Assembly: GCA_013265495.1 (NCBI GenBank) | Contig: MU058213.1 | Span: forward strand, 5,475,149-5,539,148 | Length of the DNA stretch: 64,000 nt | Direction: 5' to 3' | Source: Vicugna vicugna | Lineage: Eukaryota | Shown: positions 33,201 through 46,252 of the stretch, piece by piece | Layout: the number at the start of each line of letters is the position of its first letter | How positions within the stretch are numbered: position 1 is the stretch's first letter | Made by a program: the position numbers and the translations under genes | Notes under the pieces: generated by a model | What the model was told of the DNA's origin: nothing | Database searches by the model: none | Seen by the model: the letters and a program-made list of their open reading frames with translations, nothing else

Positions 33201-35985
33201 AAGCTCCTCCGGCCTCTCTCCCTCCCCCCCGTGTCTGTCCCTTGTCTTTTTCTGTGTGTGCATCTCTCTCTCACTGTCACCCTGACCTCTCAGCACTGGT
33301 CCAGACCTGCTGCTAGAAACTTCCTCACACTGCTGTGAACTGGGACCTTTTCTATCCCTCCCTCTGCATCCCCACAAGTGTCCAGCACCATGCTGGGCAC
33401 CTAGCAGATCCCTGTACCTGTAACTGTTTGTGGACGGCCAGTGGGCAGAGGCACAGGGTGGTACAGGGGAAAAAAACCTCAGGAATGTAGAAGACCTGAC
33501 TCCAACTCCGGCCTCACACCTGGACAGTGAATTTGCTGTGTAATCTGGAGCTCGTTCCTTGACAGCTGTGGCTCTCAGCCTCCTGACTTGTAACTCGGGG
33601 TTAGTGCTCCTGCTGCGATGCAGGGAAGTTAGACAGGGTGAGGGAAGGGTCTTGGAGCCCTGATGAGCTGCAGTCACTAGGGCTGCTGGCGCAGAGGTGC
33701 CCTGAGTCAGAAGCTGCCCAGCCACAGTGGCATATCCCATGGGGCAGTGCGACCACCCCAGACTCCGAGCAAAGGGGAAGGAAGGAGGGGAAAGGGAAGA
33801 GGCAAGACTCTCCACTTGGCAGCAGACCAGTCCCAGGGGCCAAAATCAAAGCTGGACACCCTCAAGCAGGGAGACTCAGTCATGCCAAGGGATTGCCATC
33901 CCCAAATCCATGACCCACTGGCCCTTCTGTCCAGGAGAACGTTAGCTGAGCCTAGTCATCCTCCAGAAGCCAGACCTGAGTCCACTGCACCTCTGCCCAG
34001 GTCAACAAACTGGCCGGTAAGAGGCAGCGTACACTGCAGGCCTGCCTCACCCTCATGGCCTCGGGGGGTTGAGGTTTTCACCACATCATACACAGTAGGA
34101 GGGTGTCAATGCTTCCAGGAGCCAGAGCTGCTGGCTGAGTGGCCCAGTAGAAACTGCTGCCTGGCAGACACCAGGAACAGACACTTTGAGATGAACCACC
34201 CTGCTTAGACTGCAGAGGGGAGGGTGACACTCCTCTCCCTGGAAGCAAAACTGTCAGAGGAAGCTCCCCAAGTGTTCCTATCAGGACCCTGGAGGGCGCC
34301 CCTCTCTTCCATCTTAGGAGCAAACAGGTGAGTGCCCTGGGGGCTTTGCCAAGCATCCAGACCCTGCAGCCCCTCTCCGCACACGTGCAGTGTTCATTGC
34401 TGCTGCTCCTGCTAACCCCCTTATTCTCTCTCTACCTTATGTATGGACCAAGGGAGAAAAGCCGACGCGAGGGTTGGCAGAGCAGGCGGCTGCCTGTTTG
34501 CTGTGATTTCATTCCCTTGTCCAAGCAAAACGCATCATTTCATTCACTTGTCCAAGCAAAACACCTCCAGGCCCAAGAAGCCCCCAGACCCTCCCCCGCC
34601 GAGGACCGGCAGGCTTCCCAACTTAGGAGAGTCCCCGGTTACGGTGTCAGTATCATGTCTCTGGAAGAGAAGGCACAGAACGTCTCTACTGGTCATTTAT
34701 ACCTCATCTAAATCATCTGCTCTTTTTCAGAGTGAGTTTTCACGTGTGGAAGGGGAAAAAAAAAAACCCAAAAACAAGAAAACTCACCCTCATCTTTCAA
34801 GACACGGTTCAAGAGTGTCCTTGACAGAGGTTAGCTTTCTCCAGCAATGAAAACTGCATCCTAACTTTTCACAGCTTGTTTGCATCATCCAAGTGCCACG
34901 CCTTGTGCTCTCTTCACAACATCCTTGCAAGTTACACATGGAAATCAAGTATCATTCCCCACTTGACAACTAAAAACAACCCTCAAAGTGTCTGTCATGT
35001 TTAAGAGAATCTGAATCTATTTTCATTTTTAGTGGGAAAGTATAAGAATTTTAAGTTTATAGAGTGTGGCATGTTTAAGAGGACTTAATTTACCATAATT
35101 ATTCATTTATTGGATATAAGAGTAATTTGAATGCTTAAGAGGGTTTTGCTTATTAATACTGTAAGTATACCCTGACAGGCATTTGAAGTATTTTAAAAGT
35201 AAACATATTAAAGTTATAAACATGGTGGAAGATGTCTAAGGGAATGCCATTAACCAAGTCTGTAAATGGGACTGATTTTAATCTGTGCCCATGAGTTAAT
35301 TGAAAATCAATGAATAAGTGAAATTATTTCTTTTTATTTTCTCACAAGAATCATTAAATGTATAAATTTAAATATTTAAAGACTGGCTTTAAATACGTAA
35401 AGAAAACTAGCTTCTCACATTTGGATGTCTAACTAGGCATCTCACACATGTCCCAAGTGGAGCTGTTTATCTCCCACAGTGTCCCCATCTCAACAAACAG
35501 CAGCTCTGTTCTTCTGGTCACACAAGTCCAAAAAGCCCTCAGTCATCCTTGACTCTTCCATTCCACTCACATCAACCCATGAGAAAATCCTAGTGCCTTT
35601 ACCTTTGAAAGCCATTCAGGATCCAGCCACATTTTAGGGCCTCCCCTGCTATACCCGAGCCCAAGCCATCATCCTCTCTCTCCAGGATTATTGCAGTCAG
35701 CTCCTACCTGCCACCTTGGCCCCTCTAATCTATTCTCAACTCACCAGCCAGGGGAGATCCTGTTCAAACAGTCAGGTCATGTTGCTCCTCCACCAAAACC
35801 TCAGAGTGAAGTCCAGAGTCTTCACAGAGTTCTGCAGGGCCAGCACTGCAGGCTCCCCACTGTGACGACCTTGGAGCTGTGGGCTCTCCTCTCTCACCGA
35901 CTCTGGCCTCCGCCACCTCTGGACCTCGGCTCTAGCTGCTCCTCTGCCTGGAAGACTCTTCCTCTGGTATCAGTGTGGCCTCCTC

Positions 35986-36875
35986 TGGCTAAGCAGAATA
36001 ACGCCCCCTCCCCCATGCCCTACCCAAAGATGTCCTGTCCTAATCCCCAACCCTGCAGATATGTTAGGGTACATGGCAAAGGGGAACTAAGGCAACAGAC
36101 GGAGTTTGCGTTATGAGCTGAACTGCGTCCCCCGAAACTCCTGCGTTGGAGCCTTAACCCCCAGTGCCTCAGAACGTGACTGTTTGGAGGTAGCGTCTTT
36201 AAAGAGGTAAAATGAGGTCATCAAAGGTGGGCTCTGTTCCAATATGAATGGTGTCTTTGTACGAAGAGGAGATCAGAACACAGACACACTCAAAGAGAAG
36301 ACCATGTGAAAACACAGGGAGAAGACAGCCGTCTACGAACTAAGGAGAAGGCAGTAGAGGGAACCAACCCTGCCGATACCTTGACTTCGAACTTCCGGCC
36401 CCAGAACTGTGAGAAAAGTGATTGCTGTTGTTTAAGCTGCCCAGTCCTCTGTTAAGACAGCCCCAGCAAACTAACAGGGGTTGCAAATCAGCTGACCTTG
36501 AGACAAGGTTATCCTGGATTATCTAGGTGGGCCCAGTGCAACTGCAGGGTCCTTATAAATAGAAGAAGGAGGCAAAAGAGAGAAAAATCAGAGATGGTGT
36601 GAGAAGGTCTTGGCCTGGTGATGCTGGCTTTGCAAATGCAGGAATGAGGTCACAAGCCAAAGTGTGGGGGTGTCCTATGGAAGCTGGAAAAGGGAGGAAA
36701 CAGACTCTCCTCTTAAATCTCCAGAAGGAATGGAGCCCGGCCAACCCCTTAATTTTAGCCCAGGGAGACTAATTTCAGACTTCTGACTTCAAGAACTAGA
36801 AGACAATAAATCGGTGTTGTTTTAAGCTACTAAACTTGTGTTAATTTGTCAGACCAGCAACAGGAAACAAATACA
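35986..36875 (+). mobile_element. MLT1D-type LTR (outer, interrupted)
   Basis: TGGCTAAGCAGAATAA...CCCAAAGATGTCC start; ATTATCTAGGTGGGCCC; end GCAACAGGAAACAAATACA; 5-bp TSD TCCTC/CCCTC. Confidence 0.85.
36109..36476 (+). mobile_element. MLT1A/B-type LTR inserted into MLT1D
   Basis: CGTTATGAGCTGAACTGCGTCCCCC start; CAGGGAGAAGACAGCCGTCTAC; end GCCCCAGCAAACTAACA. Confidence 0.85.
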
Positions 36876-37929
36876 CCCTCCTGCATCTCCTCCAGGTCTC
36901 TAATGTACTTCTCAGTACAGCCCTGACTTCCCTGCCCCTCCCCCTCCCCACTTCATTTTCCCCTTTAGCATTTAGTGCCAGCTAACATACAACATATTTT
37001 GACTTATTTATCATGCTTACTGTCTCCCCTCTTTACTTAAACACACAAAGGCATGAGCTTCTTTTTTTATATAGTCTACCCACATAGTAGGTGCTCAATA
37101 AGTCGTCAGTCCATTGGCTAAATAATTTAACTCAAATACAGTAAGTATTAATTTAAAACTACTGAATTATAAACAACCCTTTGCCCACGTAACAGACCCC
37201 TCCTCCCCACAAAAATATTCCACAATTTTGTAGCGGTTGTCTCTTTATATTTTCTTAATCTAATTTTAGACTCAAACAGATCCTGTTCTACCCACAGTGC
37301 CAGTCAGACAGGAAGGGGCATCAGAGGTGAGGAGCCGACTACATTCAAATCACGGGGCGGAGAGGTTCAGAGAGGGAGGCGTGAGAGGTGAGCTGCTGCA
37401 CCGCAGGGTGGACGTGCCCTGCCCAAGCCTGAGCCTCGGCCCCACCTCAGCTGTTTCCTGTGCTCAGAGGACAGGAAATCTTTGGAAATAACAGTCCGGT
37501 TCCTAGAACAGGTGTGTGCATTTCTCTAGGGAAAGAATCCATCAGTTTTACCAGCTTCTCAAACAAGCAGGGATCCCTTTTCTGGTGGCAGCCATTTGCC
37601 CGTGAACGTTCTCGCTTGAATTCCAGCCCATAGCCACCCAGACCGTGTCTGAGTGAATTTACTGAACTGTGGACAAAATAAATGTCTAATGATTGTGGTC
37701 AGTTGTTTCGTTTTTAAAATAAATTTTTTTTCTGATCCAACCTTAGTCCAAACTTTCTTGGAATGTTAGCTTTTCACTTATAGCAAAACTATTCTGATTT
37801 TTTCATGGCACAAGATCTTCCCTTAAAGCTCTAGTAACATAGGCCTGGTCTCATCCCCAGAAAATCTGAACTGTTTGCAGGGTTATTTCTAGGTCCTTCT
37901 TCATTTAATCATAGCAACACATCTTCCCT

Positions 37930-38760
37930 TTCCTCCTTCCGTCCTCAAACATTTATTAAGCATCTACTGTGTGCTAGTCTCAGTGATGAATGAGACAGTA
38001 TTTCTGCCCAAGGTGCTCAGTCTGATGGAAAGGAGAGATGTAAGTAAAGAATGCAGCATGTCATAAATGCTCTCACAGAGACACACAGGCACAGAACGGT
38101 GTGGTGATTAAGAACAAAGACCCAAGACTGGATGACTCAAGTTCAAATCCTGCCTCCATCTCTAACTAGCCACATAACCTTGCACACGTTTAAGTTACTG
38201 TGCCTCATTTCCTCAACTAAGATGAAGATACAGACAGTGCAGACTTTCCAAGTTTCCTGTGACAACAAAATGAGACAATGTGTAGAAGGTGCTTGGACAG
38301 CAACTGGGACATGAAAAGAGCTCACCAGCTCTTTAGCGCTCCCCATTATTGGGCAATGGACGGTGCTCAGAGAAGGAAGTGGCGACAAGGGGCTGACTCC
38401 ACCCAAAGGGGTCTGGATGGCTTCTCAGAGGAGGTGATAAATGATGAATCCTTTTCCAGGAAGGAAAGAGGGGCTGGGCCTTCCAAGTCGGGGTGAATAT
38501 ACAAAGCGTCCTGAAGGTGATAGGGAACCAGTGAGTGCCTTTACGCAAGAAAACGGCGTGAACAGATGTGTGCTTTTGAAGACTTTCTCGGGTAGCTGAT
38601 GCAGAGAATGGATTGAAACAGCAAGAATCTGAAGGCAGGGAGATGAGTTATGATACTGTCAGTCACTCAGGGGAGAAATGAGAGAGGCATGGAAGAAGGC
38701 AGAGAGACGGAGAGGAAGCAATAGCTTTGGAGGTAGAGCTGCTGATGTTCCTGGTGAAGG
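37930..38760 (-). mobile_element. L2 fragment with an inserted MIR (about 38100-38300, + strand)
   Basis: CAAACATTTATTAAGCATCTACTGTGTGC is the antisense L2 end; GTGGTGATTAAGAAC...GTTCAAATCCTGCCTCCATCTCTAACTAGC is MIR. Confidence 0.75.
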
Positions 38761-40310
38761 TAAGGGGAGGGCCAGGGCAGAAAGAAAATGCTTATCTTTA
38801 GAATCTGCAGGATTCCTCTCAAGCCTCCTTCCCCAAGGCTGACCAGGATCTCACTGAGCAGCCATCGGCTCTTTGGCTGGTAAAGACTAGACGCTCCCCT
38901 AAGTGAAGGGGCTTTCAGAGCGCACGGTCAGATTCACCAGGCCTCTGAAAGTGATCCCCGGAGCCCAGGGAGAAAAGAAAGCCAAACACAGGGAGAAGAC
39001 GAAGGGCGCTTCTGGGAAAGTAGAGGCAGCTCCTCTAGGTGTCAGGACGTAGGATCCAGGGTTGATGAGCATCCGTCAGACATGAGTGAAACTCAGAGCC
39101 TGGCCCAGAGGAAGAGAGTCACTAACAAATCATAAGGGAAAAGATAATCTCCCCAGCCCTGCCCCATGGCATTTGCTCTTAGTTCCTCAGTAAAGAGGAA
39201 TGCAGGACAAATACCCGGGACCTTTATGCACCACTGGTCCTTCCCAGCCTCTCTCATTCCGCCGCCTGAAACTCAGGGGGATTTTCCCGGGTTGCTCACG
39301 AAGATCCATCACTCAATCACATCACGCCTGCCAGGGTTTTTGCTGTTTTTGTAAACCCGAGTAAACCCAGTGAAACCCAAATAGTAAATACTAAACCTTT
39401 AGATCTATATTTCCCTGTTGTTGTTATTGCTACTGCTCTTTGTAAATGCCAAATAGCGAAAGACCCAAATCTCCACACATCTGAACACTGCTCCTCCAAG
39501 TATAACCCCTCTTCAGAATTTAAATAAGGCTTCCATGGAGAATTTTCTTTTGTTTTTGAGATGCCGAGTCTGAGAGTTCTGAGACCAAGAATAAAAAAGA
39601 CACTGAGTTTTCTGCAAAGACTACGGCTGCCCAGCCACTGTAAAGACCCAGGGTGTGGCTGGACGTGGCTGCCTCCCTCTGCCTCAGCCTGCCCCCTCTG
39701 CTCAGGAGAGAGGGGCCCCTCGCTGGCCTGGGGAACTGACTGCCCCATTATTTCCTGCAGCAAATCTCAGCAATGCTTTTTTTTACTCAAATTTATTCCA
39801 CTCTGGCCCTGCCTTCTGGGTCTCCTCCTTCCTATAAATAGTTTAGAGGACAAACAAAAAACAAAATGCAAAAACTTTAGAGGTTTACACAGCTCAAAGA
39901 GACAGTTGGGACAGCTAATTTCCAAGTCCCCTAGCTGAGTTCTGGTGTCCAGTCAGTCCACCTTGTCATTTCAGCTCACTGCCGTTTGGCGACACTACTG
40001 AACGTGGTCCTTGGTGCTTGGAGAAAGAGCCCACACTCCCGCAGAGCTCAGTCCAGCCGGTGAGAAGGTGCAGGGATTTCTGCCCTGCACACCTGTGTGC
40101 CGAGGCACCAGCTGCCCAGCCTGCTATGGCAGAGGTTCACACCACTCTCCCACCTTTGCTTTCTGCTCCCTATCCCCAAGGAATTCACTTTTTTTTCAAT
40201 CTGTAAAAATCAAAGGATCTTATGACAACCTCTCTCCCCAAATAGGTTTTCCCCAAATAGAATCTCCAGCCCAACTCTTAAAAATAGGTTTTAACAATAG
40301 CCTCAAGGGG

Positions 40311-40500
40311 TCTGTCAGTCAGCTTGGGCTCCTGCAACAAAATACCATGAACTGGGTGACTTAAATAATAGAAATCTATTTCTCACAGTTCTGAAGGCTG
40401 AAAAGTCCAAGGTTAAGATGCCAGCAGATTCAATTCTTGGTGAGGCCCCAGTTCCTGGCTTGTGATGGCTTGTTTTTCCCATTACCTACCGCAATGACTC
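40311..40500 (-). mobile_element. MLT1A-type LTR fragment
   Basis: GCAACAAAATACCATGAACTGGGTGACTTAAATAATAGAAATCTATTTCTCACAGTTCTGAAGGCTG. Confidence 0.85.
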
Positions 40501-43025
40501 TCTCCACTCGTGGCAGGGCACGTGTGGAAGAGGATCCCACGAAAAGGGGAATATGTGCAAACCCTACTTCTGCTTTCACAGAGGTGGAATCCCAGCATTG
40601 AAAGGGGTGTTGATACCACTCTGTCCATCCTCCACACAACGCTCTGCCAACAGTTATTCAGCTTATTGTAAATACCTCCAGGGCCAGAAAACTCACTGCT
40701 TCCAAGGTACGTCTTGCCTGCTTGTTTATTTGCTTGCTTGCTTCTGAAAACACACACGCATTTTTGGAAGGCTGCAAGCATACTGTCGCAGACCAGGCTT
40801 GGGCTTTGGTGTTAAACAGACCTGAAAATGCCAGCTCTGCCCCTTGCCGTCTGGATTCAGGGAAATGTTTGAACATTTTTGAGCTTTAATGCTGTCATCT
40901 GCTAAAAAGAGGGAAAGAGCAATGATCCCTACTTCCTGGATCCTTCTGTGAATTTACAATAAAGTGCCCGATGGGTGTCAATGTTTGTTCCTCTCCCTCT
41001 TCCTTATCACCCTCCTTTTTAGCCTTTCATTCATTTCCTGCAATACAGATATCTTTACTGGGACTTGGGTTAATACAGAGACATTGTAGCCAACAAACTA
41101 CTGATAAAAGCATCACAAAAATCATAAAGGAGTCATTATGTTGAAAAAGGAGACTGTTGCCTAGCAAGTAGCCTCATAAATCCATGACAATAATTAACAC
41201 CCTCACTTGACTGCAGATTCTTCAAGGGCATGGATCTTGCCTTATGTCCCCCACAGAACCTACTGTAGGTCCTTGTGTGTGGTAGAAACTCAATTAATTT
41301 TTATAAATTGAATTATGTTGTCTTTTATAAATTTTATTTTCGAAATGTATATGGATCACGGCAAAATTACAGATAATATTTGGATGTCTGTTATTTTGGG
41401 ATTATCAGCTCCTACATGAGGGTGTAGAGGCACATCCCTGCATTTACAGTCAAAAAGAAAAACTATATTCTCCAAGACTGGCTGTAACTCTGAGGGCTAT
41501 TTCCTTTGTAGCCAGGATTAAGTATCAATCAACCTTCTGCAAAATTTAGTTATTTTCATTATGTGCATGATTGAACCACATTTATACTTTTAAGAGACTA
41601 GAGTGTTTGAAAAGTTTATTCTTAGCTACCCCTATATTTCTAGTGCCTAGCACAGTGACTGACAATATGTCGGGGTGGATGGATGGATAGACAGATTCCT
41701 CAATCTCTACTCTACTTGAAATATATTTGCTGAAAAACATAATGAAAGTAGAAATTAGGATGACATTAAAAGATCTGCTACAAACATTATTTACTTAAAA
41801 TAATTTCAACATTCACATTATAACTCAAGTTTTAATACTGAAGTCTGTCTGGTTGATTGAGTTATTACACAAGGTATGATCAGAACATAAGTCACTCCAA
41901 AATTATAGTGATAAGTCATCCTCTGTGAATGAATTTGGTACAGATCAACATACAACGATGAGCTTATAACCCTTATAATGATGACAAATAACCCTTCCCA
42001 AGAGATAGTTGGTAAATGTGTTGCTTACAAACTTAAGAATAACCTAAATCCAATGAAGGTGATTTAAATGTGACTTTGGAGAATCAGATTAGAAAGAAAG
42101 AAAATGTTAGAAGAGGAGACGTGGTCAGCAGGCAGTCTTGTTGTGTAGCTCTCAACACTCTGCATTATCTTCTTATGCCTCTGCAGGCTCTCTGCCCCGT
42201 TGAACTATAAGCTCCAAGAGAGTAGGGACCTTTTTCACTGTGGCAGCCCCAGCCCCTCGCATAGAGCCTGGCACTCAGTACACGTTGGGGTTTCTGGAGG
42301 AGAGATGTCCCTCCTTCCTCTCCAGATTCCTGTGGGGACCTCCGGGGTGGGCTGGTGCAGCCCTGGGCGGTCCCTGGGGCTCGGCTTTGTCAGGATGCCA
42401 GTGTTCCTGCTTTGAAATTGCCTCCTTCCTTGCCCATCTGTCCCAGCAGACTGTGAGCTATTAGTAACTAGAAATGGTATCTTCTTCCTTTTATCCAAAA
42501 TGCCAAGATAATGCCTGATCTGCCTCATACTCATTGGATATTTGTCGAGTAATTTTGGGAGACCTTCAATCTTGCAGTTTCAAGAAGCTGGGCATTGTGA
42601 GGTGTATTTAAAGTTTATGTGGACCAGGGGAACGGACTGGAGTGAAGTAAACCTGAATGATACCTAAATTCAGCAACTATATGTCCCAGACTTTTTGGTA
42701 CAGATCTGGTTTCAAATATTCTCACCCATTTTCCCTGTAAGTACATTTTTACCTGTCAGAACTTGTGCTCTGATATTTTGGTTTGGAAAATATGGACAGT
42801 GCAGCAGAGATGACAACTTGTTATCTTGTTGTGGCTGGACTATTGAGGTCTGTGTTCTGTGTTGAGGGTGTTGAAGTCTGTGTTCTCTATTGGGGTCTGG
42901 GTTGAGGACGTCAGAGTCCTGAGACCATGAATAAGCAATGACAAGGCTGTGTGATAAGCATGAATGCAGCAAAGCTATGAGTTTATTTAATCACTGTCTT
43001 TTCTGACCTCTGTGTGCTATGCGGG

Positions 43026-43362
43026 CATATCAGTCAGGGTTCTCCAGAGAAACAGAACCAATAGGATATATTTCAAGGAATCTTCTCACACAACTGTGGG
43101 GTCTGGCAAGTAGGAAGACCAGCAGGCTGAAACTCTTAGGCAGGATCTAATGTTGCAGTTTTGAGAGAGAATTTCTTCTTTCCCAGGGAAATCTCAGTTT
43201 TGCTCTTAAGGCCTTTCAACTGATTGGATGAGGCCCACCCACATTATCAGGGCCATCTCCTCTATTTATAGGTCAACTGGTTGTGGATGTTCACCATATC
43301 TACAAAACATCTCTGCAGCAACACCTAGACTAGTGTTTGATTGAATAACTAGGTGCCCAGCC
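43026..43362 (-). mobile_element. MLT2 (ERVL) LTR, truncated
   Basis: TCAGTCAGGGTTCTCCAGAGAAACAGAACCAATAGGA...GGCCTTTCAACTGATTGGATGAGGCCCACCCACATT...CAACACCTAGACTAGTGTTTGA. Confidence 0.88.
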
Positions 43363-43366
43363 ATTA

Positions 43367-44140
43367 TGAATTGCCCACACCTTGTCCAAGAAGGATAATA
43401 TGAAAGAACAATACTGGTTTGGGCATATTCTAGCAAATGTGGGGCAGGATTATCTGATAAACTTTTGTTCTCCTCTCCAAAGAGGGGCAGCCACAAGCCT
43501 GTTGACCTGCTCGTCAATCCCAGTGGGTTAAGTTAGCAGAAGCTGGGAAGTGGCCCTACAAGGGGACTGCTGTTCTATCCCCAGGAGGGAGAAGTGTTGG
43601 GATAACACTTCTCTATTCTCCTCATCCCCTTCTTCTCCTTCCATGGGAAGGGGGACCTGATTTGATTGGTGTTGGAAGCGGCAGTCTGCGATGGTCCCTG
43701 AATATCTCTAAAGATTCTGCCTATGTAAGTCATGAATTCGAGAGTCTGACTGCTCTTCACTTAGGCCATTATTCAGGTTTGCACTGGCAGAGAGAAACCT
43801 TGAGGAAGGAGGTAATGACTCTCCCTGGGCAGAGAGCAGCCTTGCCTCCACTTGCTATAAAAGTGGTGAGACACCAAGCTCTGACTTCCTCTCCTGCAAC
43901 AATCCCCTGCGTGTTCAGGGTCAATCTGGAAACACCTGCGCTGTCCCCATGGGACCTGGGGGGCAACTGGTGTGAACATCATGCTGACGCCCTGGCTGCT
44001 GCATTTGCTGTGAGGAATAAAGTCCTTTGTCTCTGATCCAGGAGTCTCCTATCTTCTTGCCAGCGCCCATGAAACAGCTGCAGGCTAGCTTGTTAGCTTG
44101 CAAGTAGGGTAAAACCTCAGATCCTCTGTAATTTTTGACA
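43367..44140 (+). mobile_element. ERV solo LTR (probably ERV1 class; subfamily uncertain)
   Basis: TG...CA ends, TATA CTATAAAAG near 43856, AATAAA near 44016, and U5 GTCTCTGATCCAGGAGTCTC...GTTAGCTTGCAAGTAGGGTAAAACCTCAG...TTGACA. Left boundary approximate. Confidence 0.75.
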
Positions 44141-44889
44141 GTAAGAGGCCTTGGTTTCTGCAGACAACAAGTATTTGTTTCACATTCCCAGTCTTTACTG
44201 CCTCCTCCATGCAATGAGGGTCTGTCCTGGGGACCAAACTCTCCCCACTCCAGGATCTCACTGCAGGAGGAAATAGTAAAATCTATCTTGGCTTTCCAGC
44301 TCTATCATTAGGAAAGCTACTGTCTTAATTGCCAAGCAGGCTATTTCCAAGTGGTTTGGAATCTGTGATATTTTATCCCTTTTTAAATTCAACAAAGGCC
44401 AAGTGTAGCGTCCAATGTAACTAAATTCATTTCTGCACGGGCCAGGGTCATTTCAGCTGCCCACATCCAGGGCTCTTGGTCACCTGAGGAGAAATCACTG
44501 GACAAGGCCCACCCCAGTCATGGCCATCCACCATCAGCTGGCCCTTTGCCCTGCTCAGGCAGGCCTCCTGGTCACCAACACCTACCCCAGGCCTCTGGGT
44601 CCAGGCCCTCTTCTTCACACACTGCTTTTGAGAAAGACTAGACTAAGAAACGTTAACTCCTACATTCATCTCTCCTGGACTAGTCCTCTACCCACTGGCT
44701 GTAGGAAGCTGCTTTGCCAGAGTCTAGGGCAGTGCCTGGTCCAGGCTAAGTGCTCAGTGCCCTGTGTGGAAGGGAGGGAGGCGAGAAGGAAGCAAAGGAG
44801 TGAAAGAGACTTTACAGATGAGAAAATTCAGCAGGAGAGTGAAAAACGCATCAGGCTGCTGAAGGGCGGAGTCCCAGATTTGAGTACTG

Positions 44890-45070
44890 TCAGCTTCTAA
44901 CTTTCAGTGTGACTTGGAAGCAAAGATTAAATCCTTTCTGACTCAGTTTCCTCACCTGTAACAATGGGATCATGAGAGTGTCTGTCTCACAGAGATAAAA
45001 TGAGATGTCCATAGAGCACTCAGCTGGGTGTCTGGCAGACAATTAACATTCCATATGAGTTAATTTTACT
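44890..45070 (+). mobile_element. MIR SINE
   Basis: GTGTGACTTGGAAGC...CTCAGTTTCCTCACCTGTAACAATGGGAT...AAAATGAGATG. Confidence 0.85.
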
Positions 45071-46252
45071 ATTATTATAATTATCATAACACCACTCTGG
45101 ATCTGCAATTCCTCACCTACAAAGTGAGGGATTAAAGCACATGACCCCCACCTCCCCTCGAGTCCAACAGCTCTGACACTTGGTTAGGCAGAAATCAACT
45201 CTGTTTACATCAGCTCCACTTCACAAATGACAACGGTGGAGGAGAACAGAGGTGCTGGAGCCCCACACTGAATTCCGCCCCAAGCGCTCAGGCCATCTCC
45301 AGCAGCAAACAGTTCAGAAAGAGGCTGCTCTTAAATTCAGCTGAAAGGCTTCCATCCTGGCTCTTTCCTCCCCAGCTTGACTGGTACCCTGCCTCTTGCT
45401 GCAAGGCTAAGCTAATATTAAACCTTACTGTTCAGCACATACTGTACTGCTATTGATTGTCACATTGTGTCTCAGATTAGTTTTAATGCTTTATGTATTC
45501 AGCCATGCACAGCTTGCTAAAACTAGCTCAGAGTCACTCCTCAACCCTTTGCAGGCTTCACAATGTTTTCAGGATGGTAAATTTCTTAGAGAACTGAACC
45601 AAATTTTCATTGAACAACTGGCATCATTCATCGGACAACTGACATTGAACTACTAAGAAAAGGAACCTCAAAAGCTCTGTCTGCAAAGAATATAAATTAC
45701 GAATGATCAATTTCAGTGACTCCCAGTGCATGAATCATTTCAGTAATAAAACTGTTTGGGGAAAGACTGAAGGATTGTGTCTCTTAATCTTACTCTCCCA
45801 GAATTCTGTTATTAAATGTGTCCAGGGCCAACAACGGGCTATGGATTCATTTGAAGAATCACTTAATCCCTCAAAACTATCAGGGCTCAAGTGGAATTTG
45901 TAAGTGGAATTGCACAGATTTCTTACCCACTAGAGTCAGTCAGTAGAGCTGATGCATATGGGTGATTTTTCTCTCATTAATGAAGCTTTCAATACTTGAA
46001 AAATAATAACTTAAGATGATTCCCCTTCTCCAGTGAAGGAAGTTTTCTATTTTTTCTGTAAAGGTTGCTTCAATTTCTCTCTACTCCTCTCCCAAGAAAG
46101 AAGCACACAAGTTTAGCTAAAAATTAGATTGCAAAATGTTTTACAAGTTAGTAGTTAATTGTTCCATGTTGATTTCTGACTGTTAGTGCTGACTCCTAGA
46201 CAGACCATGAGGTCCTCAGCCACAGAAATACCAGCAGAAGCAGAAGCTAGTA

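Larger units (their letters stand above)
35403..37110 (+). mobile_element. L2a LINE 3' portion, split by nested LTRs at 35986-36875
   Basis: GGATGTCTAACTAGGCATCTCA...GTCATCCTTGACTCTTCC...CTCTGCCTGGAAGACTCTTCC, resuming after the LTR and ending CACATAGTAGGTGCTCAATAA. Confidence 0.85.

Noticed and set aside
33138-33815. Longest ORF in the track (225 aa, minus strand)
   Set aside because: No recognisable domain, starts at a non-ATG codon, crosses a MIR remnant, and has the composition of a chance ORF in GC-rich DNA.
34715-34800. Facing splice donors GTGAGTTTTC...GAAAACTCAC (10-bp inverted repeat), with ttttcag|A|gtgagt and ATGAGG|gtgagt
   Set aside because: The minus-strand donor context resembles an L2 fragment (GTCTTGAAAGATGAG), and a 1-nt exon has no other support. 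Treated as chance.
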